This document shows positions 10,645-21,153 of a DNA stretch of 64,000 nucleotides, in pieces. The first letter of the stretch is position 1; each line of letters starts with the position of its first letter. Position numbers and translations under genes: made by a program. The notes beneath the pieces were generated by a model. That model ran no database searches. It had not been told where the DNA came from and saw nothing but the letters and a program-made list of their open reading frames with translations. The stretch comes from an uncultured Nitrososphaeraceae archaeon (GTDB lineage: Archaea; Thermoproteota; Nitrososphaeria; Nitrososphaerales; Nitrososphaeraceae), in NCBI GenBank assembly GCA_963779615.1, contig CAVZZA010000004.1, positions 256,001 to 320,000 of the forward strand. Direction: 5' to 3'.

Positions 10645-10990
10645 ATATGAAAGACTGTCGAGTTTTCAATTTATGAAATAGGGCAATAGACACTGCAATT
10701 TTCTTTTGCAACTGTTAAACTATAAAAATGAGGATGACACTGACACTGAACATGGCAGAGGAAATGTTTACGGTGTCTCTTCAATTTCTATGATGTCCCA
10801 TTCAGCCGTCCTTGACAAACGTCAACTCATGACAGTACCCTTTAACACTGTCTTGCTTGACGGCTCCTTTCCAAAAGCATGTCATCATAGTCGCCTATCT
10901 TTCTTGTCAGTTCGTCCACATCCCTTTCCAGCTGGAACTTTGTAGAGTTTAGCCTTCCAATATCCGCTGCTACTGCATAAAGTTCGCAGT
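10645..10990. repeat. Dispersed repeat (promoter region plus HTH-gene 3' end), paralogous to about 19116-19465
   Basis: GGAAATGTTTACGGTGTCTCTTCAATTTCTATGATG(T/C)CCCATTCAGCCGTCCTTGA is shared; the overlapping ORFs 10706-10945 and 19177-19596 are similar. Confidence 0.85.
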
Positions 10991-11447
10991 TTAGGCTCTT
11001 GAGTTTTCCTTCCATCTGGACAATGTTTATAATGTCTTGTTTGTTTCCAAGGCCTTCACTCTTTAGACCATGGTAGAGGTGCTCCAGAAGATGAATGTCA
11101 TCCCCCATCTCATTATAGATGGTTATCAATTTATCCAGGTTTAACAGCCGTAGATAATCAGAATACATGCCCAAAACCTCATCTGCTTCCATGTCCAAGG
11201 TAATGGCAACATCCACCAAGTTCTTGCCTTCTTTAAAAAGCCTGAAGGCTCTGGAGTATAATGATTTACCACTGCCTTGACAATCAAAATCCTCTCCGGT
11301 GTGTTTTCTTATTATTGTTCCAATGTCTTTTAATGAGATATGGACCACCTGAGCTATATGCCTTGTAGACTTGCCGGCCTCTGCCAGCTGGATGACCAGT
11401 CTCTCTTTTTCCTCTCGCTTGAGAATCACTTTAGTACAAGTATGCAT
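10842..11447 (-). CDS. Double helix-turn-helix plus coiled-coil protein
   Basis: GKSTRHIAQVVHISLKDIGTII and AFRLFKEGKNLVDVAITLDM are HTH-like; the C-terminus is heptad-rich. Confidence 0.75.
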   Translation of the reverse strand: MHTCTKVILKREEKERLVIQLAEAGKSTRHIAQVVHISLKDIGTIIRKHTGEDFDCQGSGKSLYSRAFRLFKEGKNLVDVAITLDMEADEVLGMYSDYLRLLNLDKLITIYNEMGDDIHLLEHLYHGLKSEGLGNKQDIINIVQMEGKLKSLNCELYAVAADIGRLNSTKFQLERDVDELTRKIGDYDDMLLERSRQARQC

Positions 11448-11748
11448 ATGGCCAATGAAAATAAAAGGCCCTTGATTCCCTGATTTTTAACCCCTTTTTA
11501 TGACGCAGTTGAAGGCTCTATAACATCTGATGGTAGAATTACAATGACTTAGGTAAGATATGCAAAGCCGCATTCAAGCAAAACAATCAAACAATAAAAC
11601 ATGTAGGTTTCAGCATCACTAGCAGTCACTGCCAATATCAAGTATATGGATATCCCACTTCCAAGGATTCGAGGAATACATCAATCGCAGGGATGGTCAA
11701 TAAAAAAATATAAGCAATAACTTTACAGTTCCCATGTACATGCCAGAG

Positions 11749-11767
11749 TCGAAGCCCTCCGGGCCCG
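11749..11767 (+). other. att-like site 1: tRNA 3'-end fragment (T-loop to discriminator)
   Basis: TCGAAGCCCTCCGGGCCCG fits the end of an archaeal tRNA with a GGGCCCG acceptor stem (Lys/Arg type). It lies 55 nt upstream of the integrase. Confidence 0.7.
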
Positions 11768-11822
11768 TTACGATAATGGCTCTTTTAAATGGGTTCTACG
11801 AAAATAAGGTGTAAAGAATAAA

Positions 11823-12648
11823 GTGGTAGAAAACAATAATCAGGAACTGGACCCATGGTCACTGTATTTGTACGCGATGAAATCGCCAGTGACAAGGGAA
11901 AAGTACCAAAAGAGGCTCGAAAAGTTCTTTGACTTTGTGAATATAGAAGGAAAAACCGTGAAGGAGAAGAGCAGTGTTTTTGTTGATTTGGCAAGGAAAG
12001 AGGGCAATGGATGGATATTCAACCAGGTGTTAAGGTTTATGCAATTTCAACTGGAGCGCTTCAACAGAAAAGAGATTACGGGCTCAACAATAAGAAATTA
12101 CCTTAAGAGCATAAAGTTGTTTTGCGAGCTGGCTGATTTTTCCATTCCATGGAAAAAAATCACTAGGGGGCTACCCAAGGCAAAAAACTATTCAGACGAC
12201 CGTATACCAACAATAGATGAAATAAGGAAACTTTTGGAATATCCAGACAGAAGGTTGAAATCCATAATCATCACCATGGCTTCGTCAGGTATACGACTTG
12301 GTGCGTGGGAGTATTTGAGGTGGGGGAATATCAAACCGATAGAAAGAGAATGAAAGGTTGTTGCTGCCAAAATCATTGTTTATTCTGGAGAGGAGGAAGA
12401 GTACTTTTCCTTTATCTCCAAAGAAGCATTTCTTTCTCTGAAAGATTGGATGAACTATAGGGATTTTTCAGGAGAGTTGATAGACGAAAACAGCTGGGTA
12501 ATGCGACACTTGTGGGATACACAGGTTGCTCAAGGAAGGGGGTTTGTGACAAAGCCTAATAAACTTGCAACAATAGGAATAAAAAAACTAATCAACAGAG
12601 CAATATGGGCCTAGGGTTTGAGAAAGAAGTTAGAAAATAAAAAAAGAG
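11823..12648 (+). pseudogene. Tyrosine recombinase/integrase with nonsense codons, truncated
   Basis: DPWSLYLYAMKSPVTREKY, DRIPTIDEIRKL and MASSGIRLGAW (catalytic Arg). In-frame TGA at 12351 and TAG at 12611; similarity stops at RKKLENKKR, before the HxxR/Tyr region. Confidence 0.85.
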
Positions 12649-13017
12649 TATTATTAAATTGTGGAGGAAATTTTAAAGAAATTTATCCGATAGGCGATAG
12701 TTTGGTTTTACGATTTTACTGTACTCCTGATGATAAAATTGTAGAATTAAAATGCGTGAAAGTTATATTGAATAAGAAATCGAACGTCTGGTTCAACAAA
12801 TAGGCATATCTTTAGAAGAATTTAAAACTCTATGTAGAAAAGCAAGAAAACATCAATTCACGGTTAATTAAAGAATAGTTAAAATTTTACCACCCATTCT
12901 TGAACACCAAAAATAACACCCTAGAAGTGAACAGAACCTATTTTCAATTATTTACAATAAAATCAAAGTATGTTGACAACTAGATATATCCTGCTACCTA
13001 TAGAATCAATTTTAGTT

Positions 13018-13665
13018 ATGAATAAAAGAATTATCTATTCATTGGTTATAATCGTTATAGCAATATCATTATCTACTTTACTACCAAATTTCAATCCAAT
13101 ACAACAACCACCACTATATGCCGCAAGTCCCAATACTTCGGATTTGAAGCAGGACGTCAAACAAAACATGAATCAGGACAATCTCTGTAACAAACCTGAT
13201 GAATGCAACCAGGCTAGTGAAGGCCAACAAATACAGGGCAATGATAATTCAGCAGCTGGTTTTACTGACCAGAGCACAACCATTAGTCCAGGCAATACCA
13301 CTGGTTCAGCGCCATCGACTACAACTCAAGTGGCTCAGGGGCAGGCAGGGCCACAGGGAATTCCGGGACCGGCAGGGCCCCCTCGAACTGCTGTTGTGAC
13401 TGAAAGGGCAAGCACCGGAACAATCATTCTACCTGGCACAATAGGGTTTGCTGAGGCATCATGCAACCCTGGCGAAATATCTACGGGTGGGGGATACAGA
13501 TTTACACCTTCAGGTGTAGGGGTAACCCCTCCCTATGTTTCTGGCTCTAAAGCATTGACAGATATTTCGGGGAATAATTTGGGATGGGAAATTGATGCCT
13601 TCAACCCGGGTACATCTAATACGGATATTGTCGCATTTGCAGAATGCCTAAAGTTAGTGCCCTAG
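13018..13665 (+). CDS. Secreted protein with the family N-terminal Cys motif, short collagen-like G-X-Y stretch and C-terminal beta domain
   Basis: Signal peptide; QDNLCNKPDECNQASEGQQIQGNDNSAAGFTDQS; GQAGPQGIPGPAGPP; ASCNPGEISTGGGY. Confidence 0.8.
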   Translation: MNKRIIYSLVIIVIAISLSTLLPNFNPIQQPPLYAASPNTSDLKQDVKQNMNQDNLCNKPDECNQASEGQQIQGNDNSAAGFTDQSTTISPGNTTGSAPSTTTQVAQGQAGPQGIPGPAGPPRTAVVTERASTGTIILPGTIGFAEASCNPGEISTGGGYRFTPSGVGVTPPYVSGSKALTDISGNNLGWEIDAFNPGTSNTDIVAFAECLKLVP

Positions 13666-13744
13666 GAACAGAGGATTGCGAGAAAAATCCTTTTTTATTA
13701 AGCAAAGCAAAGAAAACCTTTGTTAAATCCATTTCATATAATTC

Positions 13745-13915
13745 TACTTGCCATAAAGTGGCCTTCCATAACTATACCCCTCAATGGTTTTCTGCTGTTT
13801 GGACCATTCCTTTACTGAAGGCTCATCGGCAGGTTTTCCCTTGGGCCCTCTTTTCACAATCGCAATCATGGCCATAACCTCAAAGCTGTATGGTATTTGT
13901 AAATCGGCCCTGTTT
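13745..13915 (-). pseudogene. Nitroreductase C-terminal remnant
   Basis: RADLQIPYSFEVMAMIAIVKRGPK...ENLP...RKPLRGIVMEGHF; paralogous to about 24990-25300. Confidence 0.6.
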
Positions 13916-13961
13916 TAGGATACACAACAATTCTGAAAAACATTTAACCTCTATTTTGGCT

Positions 13962-14531
13962 TCAGTGGTTTTTGTAGTATTTTCTTTTGGTTTCGTCCAG
14001 TTCCGTGTCGTAATACTTTTTTAAGTCGATTAGAGTGTCTATGTCGTACTCTAATTGGGCTTTCTCTTGCTTTAGATTTTTCATGTTTAGCGCCAAATCA
14101 ATAGCATGGTTCAAATCCTTCACCTTTATTTTGTTTCCGTCCAGAAAATCAAACAGTTTCAAATATGTCCCAAGGTTATTCCTGTTTTCCATCAAGACAC
14201 GAGACGCCATTCCCATGTTCCATAATAACAGGTAGTCAGAGCGGATTTTCAGTGCCTGGTCTGTTGTCAAATCAAGTTCAATGGCCACCTGGACAACGGG
14301 TTTGTCCTCCAGAAATAGCTTGAATGCCTGTGACGAAATGGACAAGGGTTTATTCTTTTGGTCACCTTGCTCCTGCTCTTCTTTAGCCTCGGCAGTAAGT
14401 TTCTGCCTGTTTTTCTTGACGATGGTGTTCGAGACATGGGCCATCTTTGAAATCTCCCTTGTTGTGTGACCTTTTTTCAGCAAGTCAATAACCATATTTT
14501 CTTTGTCTTTTGCGGATGGTACCGACATCAA
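13962..14531 (-). CDS. Double helix-turn-helix plus coiled-coil protein (paralog of 10842-11447)
   Basis: VIDLLKKGHTTREISKMAHVS and QAFKLFLEDKPVVQVAIELDL, followed by a coiled-coil tail. Confidence 0.75.
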   Translation of the reverse strand: MMSVPSAKDKENMVIDLLKKGHTTREISKMAHVSNTIVKKNRQKLTAEAKEEQEQGDQKNKPLSISSQAFKLFLEDKPVVQVAIELDLTTDQALKIRSDYLLLWNMGMASRVLMENRNNLGTYLKLFDFLDGNKIKVKDLNHAIDLALNMKNLKQEKAQLEYDIDTLIDLKKYYDTELDETKRKYYKNH

Positions 14532-15360
14532 CCGATATTGTTATCGGGTTTCTTTTAAGCAAATGAATTTTGATACCGTGATACAGCCTTTTCTTGGACG
14601 CTATCCCTGTTACCGCATTTTTCACCTGTTACATATGTCGTTTTTTATGTTGCTTTTTGGTGTGGGGCAACATATTGTCTAGCGGCATATTAAAGCAATA
14701 ACATATGCCAAAATTTTCCACCAAATACCGTTACGATTGTTGGCGGTGTTCCAACAAAGGTTGCTTATGAGTAAAGCCACAGTTTTCCTATTGCGTCAGA
14801 CACCAAGGCAGGGGCCAAATAGCGTGTCGGGTCATGGATGCCCGAGACAGGCCAAAAAGAACACGACAAGGTCCACTATTCACTCCTCAATAGATGTTCC
14901 ACCGATTTGCATGCAACCAAGCCGGAAAATCGCCCCCATTCCCATACCACCGGGCTTGAGTCCCGTAATCTCCATGAAAGTCTTCCTTTTCCCAGGGAGA
15001 TGGGATGACACAGTTGCCTACCACCACGCCTGCGCCGTTGTCATCCATGGATATCCTTTATTCTCTATCGCCACACTTCTTAGATCAACACTCCTGTGGT
15101 CGTTATCCTTTGCGTCATCCTCTTCGGCCTTTGTGTTGTCCCCTTGTCCGTAACGCATTCACCGCAGCCAAAAAGCGTCAATGTTGCCCCATAGCCCAAA
15201 CCAAGAGCCTTGTACCTAAATCATATAAATTTGGAGGGCTGCCCCCATCATGAAAGATAATGGAATGGGGACCCTATCTCCTAAGGATAAAACAAAAACG
15301 AAAAGCCCAAAAAAGGGGGTTTGAGAATAACTGGGAATTTTTCTCATCAAAGGCGACAGG

Positions 15361-16614
15361 TTAGGGGTCCAGGAAGAACACTTGGATTCTGTTGTTGAAA
15401 GTGTCTGCCACATACACGCTGCCCGTTGTCGAGTTCACGGCAACGCCTATTGGACCATCAAACCGGCCGTCTCCTGTTCCGAATGTCCCAAACTTTGTGA
15501 TGAAGATGCCGGTGCTGGCGTCAAACACCTGGATTCTGTCGTTGCCGGTGTCTGCCACGTACACGCTGCCGGTTGTCGGGTTCACGGCAACGCCTGTTGC
15601 AAAACTAAGTTGGCCGTCTCCTGAGCCGCCGGTTCCAAACTTTGTGATGAAGGTGCCGGTGCTGTCAAACACTTGGACGCGGCTGTTGGCCTGGTCTACA
15701 ACATACACGTTGCCCGTTACCGGGTTCACGGCAACGCCTACTGGACCAAGAAATTGGCCGTCGCCGGAGCCGCCTGACCCAAACTTTGTGATGAAGGTGC
15801 CGCTGGAGTCAAACACCTGGATTCTGTTGTTTTGGCTGTCTGCCACGTACACGCTGCCCGTCGAGGGGTTCACTGCAACGCCTGTTGGAAGTCTAAACTG
15901 GCCGTCGCCGTTGCCTATAGAGCCCCACTTGCCCAGAAACAGGTAATCCTTCGACACAAACTCGTTTGTGACGTTGCACTCCCTGCCTCCACCGACTGTT
16001 TTGATGGTGCCGCTACATCCCTCGGAAAAGTCTCACAGCCTTCAATGGCGACGACGCGCTGTCCTCAAAGTCCTCCGACACATTGTAATCGCCGAGATTG
16101 AGCGTGACGGTGGTGCCCTCCTCGGAGCCGGCAAACGAAGCTGGACTTGGGTTCCCGTTGCCCTAGGTTCCGGTGACACGCATCGTAAAGTCGGACGGTG
16201 GTGGGCATGAGAAGCCGTCAGGGCATGTGACGTTCTTTGTGACAAGGAGGGTGCCTGTTTGTTGAGGTGTTGAGGGTGGTAGATTGGACACACCAGCAGG
16301 CTGTGACTGCTGAACGTTTTTGCTTGGGTCATTGAATCCCTTTGCATCATTGTCTTTGCCCACTATCTGTTGACCTTGGTTGGCCTGTTCACAATCGTCG
16401 ACCCTGTAGCAGAGGTTGTCCTGGCCAAATGCTGGTTTGTGCTATCGGACTTGGAGTCTACATCTTTTCTAATGCTGCTCTTGTAGTCCTTGGTGATTTT
16501 GTAGTCACCATTGTCACCAGGCTCAGCGTTTGCTTGAACTGGGACCATATTCGGCCCCGTGACCAACAAGGACGCTAACGCGGACAATACCAACAGACAC
16601 TGTAAAATGTTCAT
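15361..16614 (-). CDS. Secreted NHL-repeat protein, copy 3 (four repeats), frameshifted
   Basis: MNILQCLLVLSALASLLVTG signal; GKDNDAKGFNDPS; VTKNVTCPDGFSC; four NHL repeats ending FFLDP. Confidence 0.85.
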
Positions 16615-16657
16615 ATATGAAAGACTGTCAAGTTTTCAGTTTATATGAAATAGGGTT
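16615..16657 (-). promoter_or_regulatory. Conserved promoter block of the secreted-protein family
   Basis: CCCTATTTCATATAAACTGAAAACTTGACAGTCTTTCATAT-ATG on the minus strand. Confidence 0.65.
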
Positions 16658-16949
16658 TTTAAAACTGCAATCTATTTTTGTGTTTATCGTCCTGCAAAAA
16701 CAGCATAACACTGACACAGAACATATCAAGGGAAATGTGTACTCTATTCATTCTTTGAGACTTGACAATTAAAGCGGCCCCAAAATAACTTTTGTCCATG
16801 GACAAGGACCTTGACAACTGCTGAGGTGGCCACCTGCCTTTACCAAGATGCAACCATGTTTGCAAAGCCTATACTCAGTCACAGGTTTTGATTGAAAGGT
16901 TATGTGGATTATGGGTTTGGCTATAGAGGCATGACCATGTAACAATACA

Positions 16950-19115
16950 CTAGGCAGCCCTTCCGTAGGCGTTGGTTATCGTGCATGTGGCTGATTGACC
17001 TCCATTATCTATCGTACCAGTGCAACCAGCAGAATATATCATTGTGAGGGGCACTATCACCGAGACGGTGCCATCAGCAAAGTTTGCCACGTACAGGAGC
17101 CCGTTGTCGGGGTTGAAGGCGACGCCGGATGGCTGGTTTCCCACGGGTATTGGGGTCCCTACGACGGTATTTGTTGCGCCGTCGATTACCGAGACACTGT
17201 CGCTGCCGGAGCTTGTCACATACAGGAGCCCGTTGTCTGGGTTGAAGGCAATATTGATTGGTTGAAAGCCCACTTGTATTGTGGCCACCACGGTGTTTGT
17301 CGATGGGTTTATCACCGAGACGGTCCTGCCGCCACTGTTTGCCACGTACATGAACCCGTTAGCGGGGTTGAAGGCAACACCATCTGGAAAACCGCCAACG
17401 GGTATTGTGGCCACCACGGTGTTTGTCGATGGGTTTATCGCCGAGACGCTCCCGTCATCCGCGTTTGCCACGTACAGGAGCCTGTTGGCGGGATTTAAGG
17501 CAATACCACCTGGAAAGTCACCCACGCGTATTGTGCCCACCACGGTGTTTGTCGAGGGGTTTATCGCCGAGACGGTGTTGCTAAGAACGTTTGTCACGTA
17601 CAGGAGCCTGTTGTCGGTGTTGAAGGCAATACCATCTGGTAGAGAGCCCACTTGTATTGTGGCCACCACGGTGTTTGTCGATGGGTTTATCACCGAGACG
17701 GTGTCGCTGACAGAGTTTGTCACGTACAGGAGCCTGTTGTCGGGGCTGAAGGCGACGCCCCGAGGACCAGAGCCCACGGGTATGGTGGCCACCACGGTGT
17801 TTGTCGATGGGTCTATTGCCGAGACGTTGTTGCTGCCAAAGTTTACCACGTACAGGAGCCTGTTGTCGGTGTTGACGGCTATACCAAGTGGTTGAAATCC
17901 CACGGGTATGGTGTCAATGACAAAACCTTGGGGTGCATCAGTCTCACTTACATTGTAGGTGACGGGGAAAGGAGGGTTTATCGTCAGGGGAGTGCCGCTC
18001 TCAGAGCCGCTGAAGGGAATGGAGGAGCCGTTGCCTGTGGTTGCCGTAATGGTGAATTTATCTGCCGTGGGGCAGGGAACAGCAGAAGAGGAATCAAAGT
18101 TGCACTCCACATTCTTGTTGACAGTCAGGGCACTTGTAATTAGTGTCGCTGTGTTGGTAATGGTGCATGTCAGGTCCTGGCCGGCGGTTATAGTGCCTGA
18201 GCAGTCCCCGGCGGTTGTGGTTTCAAACTCGACATCTTCAGAGGCTGGGGTGGTCTCCGTTATTTCGTAGGTGACGGGGAAAGGCGGGTTTATAGTCAGG
18301 GGTGTGCCGCTCTCAGAGCCGCTAAAGGTGTACGAGGAGCCGTTGCCTATGGTTGCGGTGATGTTGAAGTCGCCTGCAGTAGGGCAGGGAACAGCGGTAA
18401 AGTCACACTCCACATGCTTGGTTACGGCTAAGATACTGGTACGTAGTGTCGCTGTGTTGGTTATGGTGCATGTCAGGTCCTGGCCCGAGGTTATAGTGCC
18501 TGAGCAGTCACCTGTGGTTGTGGTTTCAAACTCAACGTCATCGGAGTCTGGGGTGGTCTCCGTTATTTCGTAGGTGACGGGAAAAGGCGGGTTTATAGTC
18601 AGGGGAGTGCCGCTCTCAGAGCCGCTGAAGGTGTACGAGGAACCGTTGCCTGTGGTTGCCGTAATGGTGAATTTATCTGCCGTGGGGCATGGGACCGCAG
18701 TAAAATCGCACTCCACGTGTTTGATTACGGTTATGGTGCTTGGTGGAGTGACGGGTGGAGTGACGGGTGGTGGAGTTGCTGATATGCCAAGGTTTTGCTG
18801 GTTTTCAATGCTTTTGCCTTGGTCATTCAAGCCTAAAGCTGCATTGTCCCTGCCCTTTATCTGCTGGCCTTCATTGGCCTGCTCGCAACCGTCACCCCAG
18901 TAGCAGAGGTTGTCCTGGCTCGAATGCTGGTTGGTTCTTTCTGACTTGGAGTCTATGTCTTTGTGTATGCTGTCCTTGTAGTCCTTGGTGGTTTTATGGT
19001 CGCCACTGTCGCCATCAGCTGCAGCGGCAAAAGATTGGACTGGAGAAAGGTTTGGCCCTGTGGCCATCAAAGATGTTAACGTGGATAACATCAGTAAACC
19101 CCATAAAATGTTCAT
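16950..19115 (-). CDS. Secreted YVTN-type 7-blade beta-propeller protein with three Ig-like repeats
   Basis: 721 aa: signal peptide, family Cys motif, three VxKxVEC...TCTITN repeats and seven TIPVGxxPxGxAFNxDNxLLYVxN repeats. Confidence 0.9.
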   Translation of the reverse strand: MNILWGLLMLSTLTSLMATGPNLSPVQSFAAAADGDSGDHKTTKDYKDSIHKDIDSKSERTNQHSSQDNLCYWGDGCEQANEGQQIKGRDNAALGLNDQGKSIENQQNLGISATPPPVTPPVTPPSTITVIKHVECDFTAVPCPTADKFTITATTGNGSSYTFSGSESGTPLTINPPFPVTYEITETTPDSDDVEFETTTTGDCSGTITSGQDLTCTITNTATLRTSILAVTKHVECDFTAVPCPTAGDFNITATIGNGSSYTFSGSESGTPLTINPPFPVTYEITETTPASEDVEFETTTAGDCSGTITAGQDLTCTITNTATLITSALTVNKNVECNFDSSSAVPCPTADKFTITATTGNGSSIPFSGSESGTPLTINPPFPVTYNVSETDAPQGFVIDTIPVGFQPLGIAVNTDNRLLYVVNFGSNNVSAIDPSTNTVVATIPVGSGPRGVAFSPDNRLLYVTNSVSDTVSVINPSTNTVVATIQVGSLPDGIAFNTDNRLLYVTNVLSNTVSAINPSTNTVVGTIRVGDFPGGIALNPANRLLYVANADDGSVSAINPSTNTVVATIPVGGFPDGVAFNPANGFMYVANSGGRTVSVINPSTNTVVATIQVGFQPINIAFNPDNGLLYVTSSGSDSVSVIDGATNTVVGTPIPVGNQPSGVAFNPDNGLLYVANFADGTVSVIVPLTMIYSAGCTGTIDNGGQSATCTITNAYGRAA

Positions 19116-19465
19116 ATGTGAAAGACTGTCAAGTTTTCAATTTATGAAATAGGGCATCATTAACTGCAATTTTCTTTTGCGTCTATCAACCTGTAAAAAT
19201 GAGGATAACACTCTCACTAAACATGACAAAGGAAATGTTTACGGTGTCTCTTCAATTTCTATGATGCCCCATTCAGCCGTCCTTGAGAACCATCAACCTC
19301 TTGGCAGCACCTTAAAACTGTCTTGCCTGCCGGCTCCTTTCCAAAATCATGGCATTAAATTCACCTATCCTTCTTGTGGGCTCCTCCACATCCCTCGCAG
19401 GATTGGACTTGAAAAAGTTTGGCCCGTCAATCTCATCATCTGCCGTTTTAAAGTTCGCAGTTTAG
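19116..19465. repeat. Dispersed repeat: promoter region plus 3' remnant of the HTH/coiled-coil gene
   Basis: Paralogous to 10645-10990; AAAGTTCGCAGTTTAG is shared with 10980-10995. Confidence 0.8.
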
Positions 19466-20478
19466 AGTTTTTAAAGGTGCAAGAAATCGACCATTATAAC
19501 CCATTGTTACAACCTAGATGTGATTACTACATATGTTGTTTTGTGTTGTTTTTGGTAGAGAATACTGCAAATGAAACGCAGGGGCACATTGAGTGATTTC
19601 TTGATGTGAAAACTATCAAATAAAAGGATTTACCACAATACTTCTTTATGCCTCATTTTCTTTTTCAGCCCGACCCAATTGATGAAGTGAAATTCATGCC
19701 CGTCAGGATAGACATACACAAAGGAGTTGCCAAGATAGTGGATGAGGAGATTCACCATGACTTTGAGACAAACAACACGTAGTGCGTGGTGATTGGAAAT
19801 GACAGGAAGGAAGTGCTTGCCACATTGCAGGATGGGTTTGCCAGCCAGTACAAAAGGTATGGCAAACTTGAGGAGAAGGGCATCCCAGTGATGGCTTAGG
19901 AGACAAGGCAGGCGTGGAAAAGGATACAGGGGCTTATTTTAAGGAAATAGGCAAAGAAGGCCTGTGCATGTTGCAAGCCCGATTCCGAAAGCACCCGAAT
20001 TGTTCAAAGATGCATGTTGGCCCTGAAAACAACCATACTTATAATGCCAATGGCAAAACAATAGGGGAGGAGAAGACACGCAATACATAGTTTGCAATGT
20101 CTTTATTTTGTCAGTAAAAACATACGGACTCTGGCTCGCTGCATAAAGAGGTTGTTTTTTAGAATTTTTCATGGTTGATTCTTTTTCAGATATGCTTAAG
20201 ACAGTAAAATCCATGCAGGAATCCCCATGTTTTCCACCCAACATGTTACTTCATATAATAACCATGTCAGTCATTAACCGGAATATGGTCTGCCTTTTCC
20301 CGGGCTTGGCAAGCAAAATTTATTCATGTAGTTAATCCAGGTAACTCAACCCGCTGAACGCCATGTTTTCGGGTCCGCCAATTCCGGCAATTGTCATAGG
20401 CTGGATTTTACCACAACGGCAAATATTGAAGAAACGGGGAAACTCCAATCAGAATCCGCAAGTTTGAACCAGTCAAAC

Positions 20479-21153
20479 CTATGTAACAAGATTACTAACC
20501 GTGCAGGTCTGACTCTCTCCAGCTTTTATGCTACCGTGAAATGCTTTAGCACCAAGAGCATCTTGGATACAATCTCCGGATACCTCTATAAAGATCCTAA
20601 ATGGAGGGCCAGATTCCATGAAACTGTACGAACCTTCGGGTACTGTGACTTTGGTGCAGTCTTCACTACCGGGAAATTCGGAAGGGCTGGCACCCTCGGA
20701 AGTGAATGTGAATGTAAAGTCAGAAGGCCTCACATCAAATGGGGAATTAACTTGTTTACATACGTTAAGGGTTCCTGTTGTTGGTGTTGGTGTAGTTCCG
20801 TTTCCGTTGTTTCGGGTGCCGCCTGCTGCCCCTAATGAGGATAGCGCGAGGTTGTCGCTTTGGTCATTGAACCCCTTTGCATCGTTGTCCTTGCCCACTG
20901 TCTGCTGGCCCTCATTGGCCTGCTGGCAGTCCTCGTCGCCCCTGTAGCAGAAGTTGTCCTGGTCGTGGTGTTGGCTTGCGCTCTTTTTGTCTGATTCAGA
21001 TCTTGCTGTTATTGAGGATTTAAAGTCCTTGGTTTTTTTGTGGTCGTCGTTATTGTCCCTGTCTGCATATGACTGCATCGGGATAACGCTCGTGCCGAGA
21101 ACCAGTGTTGCCGTGATTATGGCCACTAGTAAAATGCTTTTTGCGTTGTTCAA
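20479..21153 (-). CDS. Secreted protein with the family Cys motif and a single Ig-like domain
   Basis: Signal peptide; QDNFCYRGDEDCQQANEGQQTVGKDNDAKGFNDQS; GTLNVCKQV...GESQTCTVSN. Confidence 0.85.
   Translation of the reverse strand: MNNAKSILLVAIITATLVLGTSVIPMQSYADRDNNDDHKKTKDFKSSITARSESDKKSASQHHDQDNFCYRGDEDCQQANEGQQTVGKDNDAKGFNDQSDNLALSSLGAAGGTRNNGNGTTPTPTTGTLNVCKQVNSPFDVRPSDFTFTFTSEGASPSEFPGSEDCTKVTVPEGSYSFMESGPPFRIFIEVSGDCIQDALGAKAFHGSIKAGESQTCTVSNLVT

Noticed and set aside
11749-11767. An intact tRNA gene at att site 1
   Set aside because: The upstream sequence lacks the 5' T-stem, anticodon arm and D arm; only the 3' fragment is present.
14700-15340. Overlapping short ORFs between the HTH gene and NHL copy 3
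   Set aside because: No motif and no consistent frame; probably decayed sequence.
7122-17900. CRISPR array suggested by periodic repeats
   Set aside because: The repeats are protein-coding NHL and YVTN units with no unique spacers, and no cas genes are present.
6945-19115. Diversity-generating retroelement acting on the AAC-rich propeller repeats
   Set aside because: No reverse transcriptase in the window, and I saw no repeat pair differing only at adenines; the 166-bp pair is identical.
19620-20460. Degraded coding-like DNA, including an NPGNS-like fragment
   Set aside because: Multiple stops and no recognisable family.
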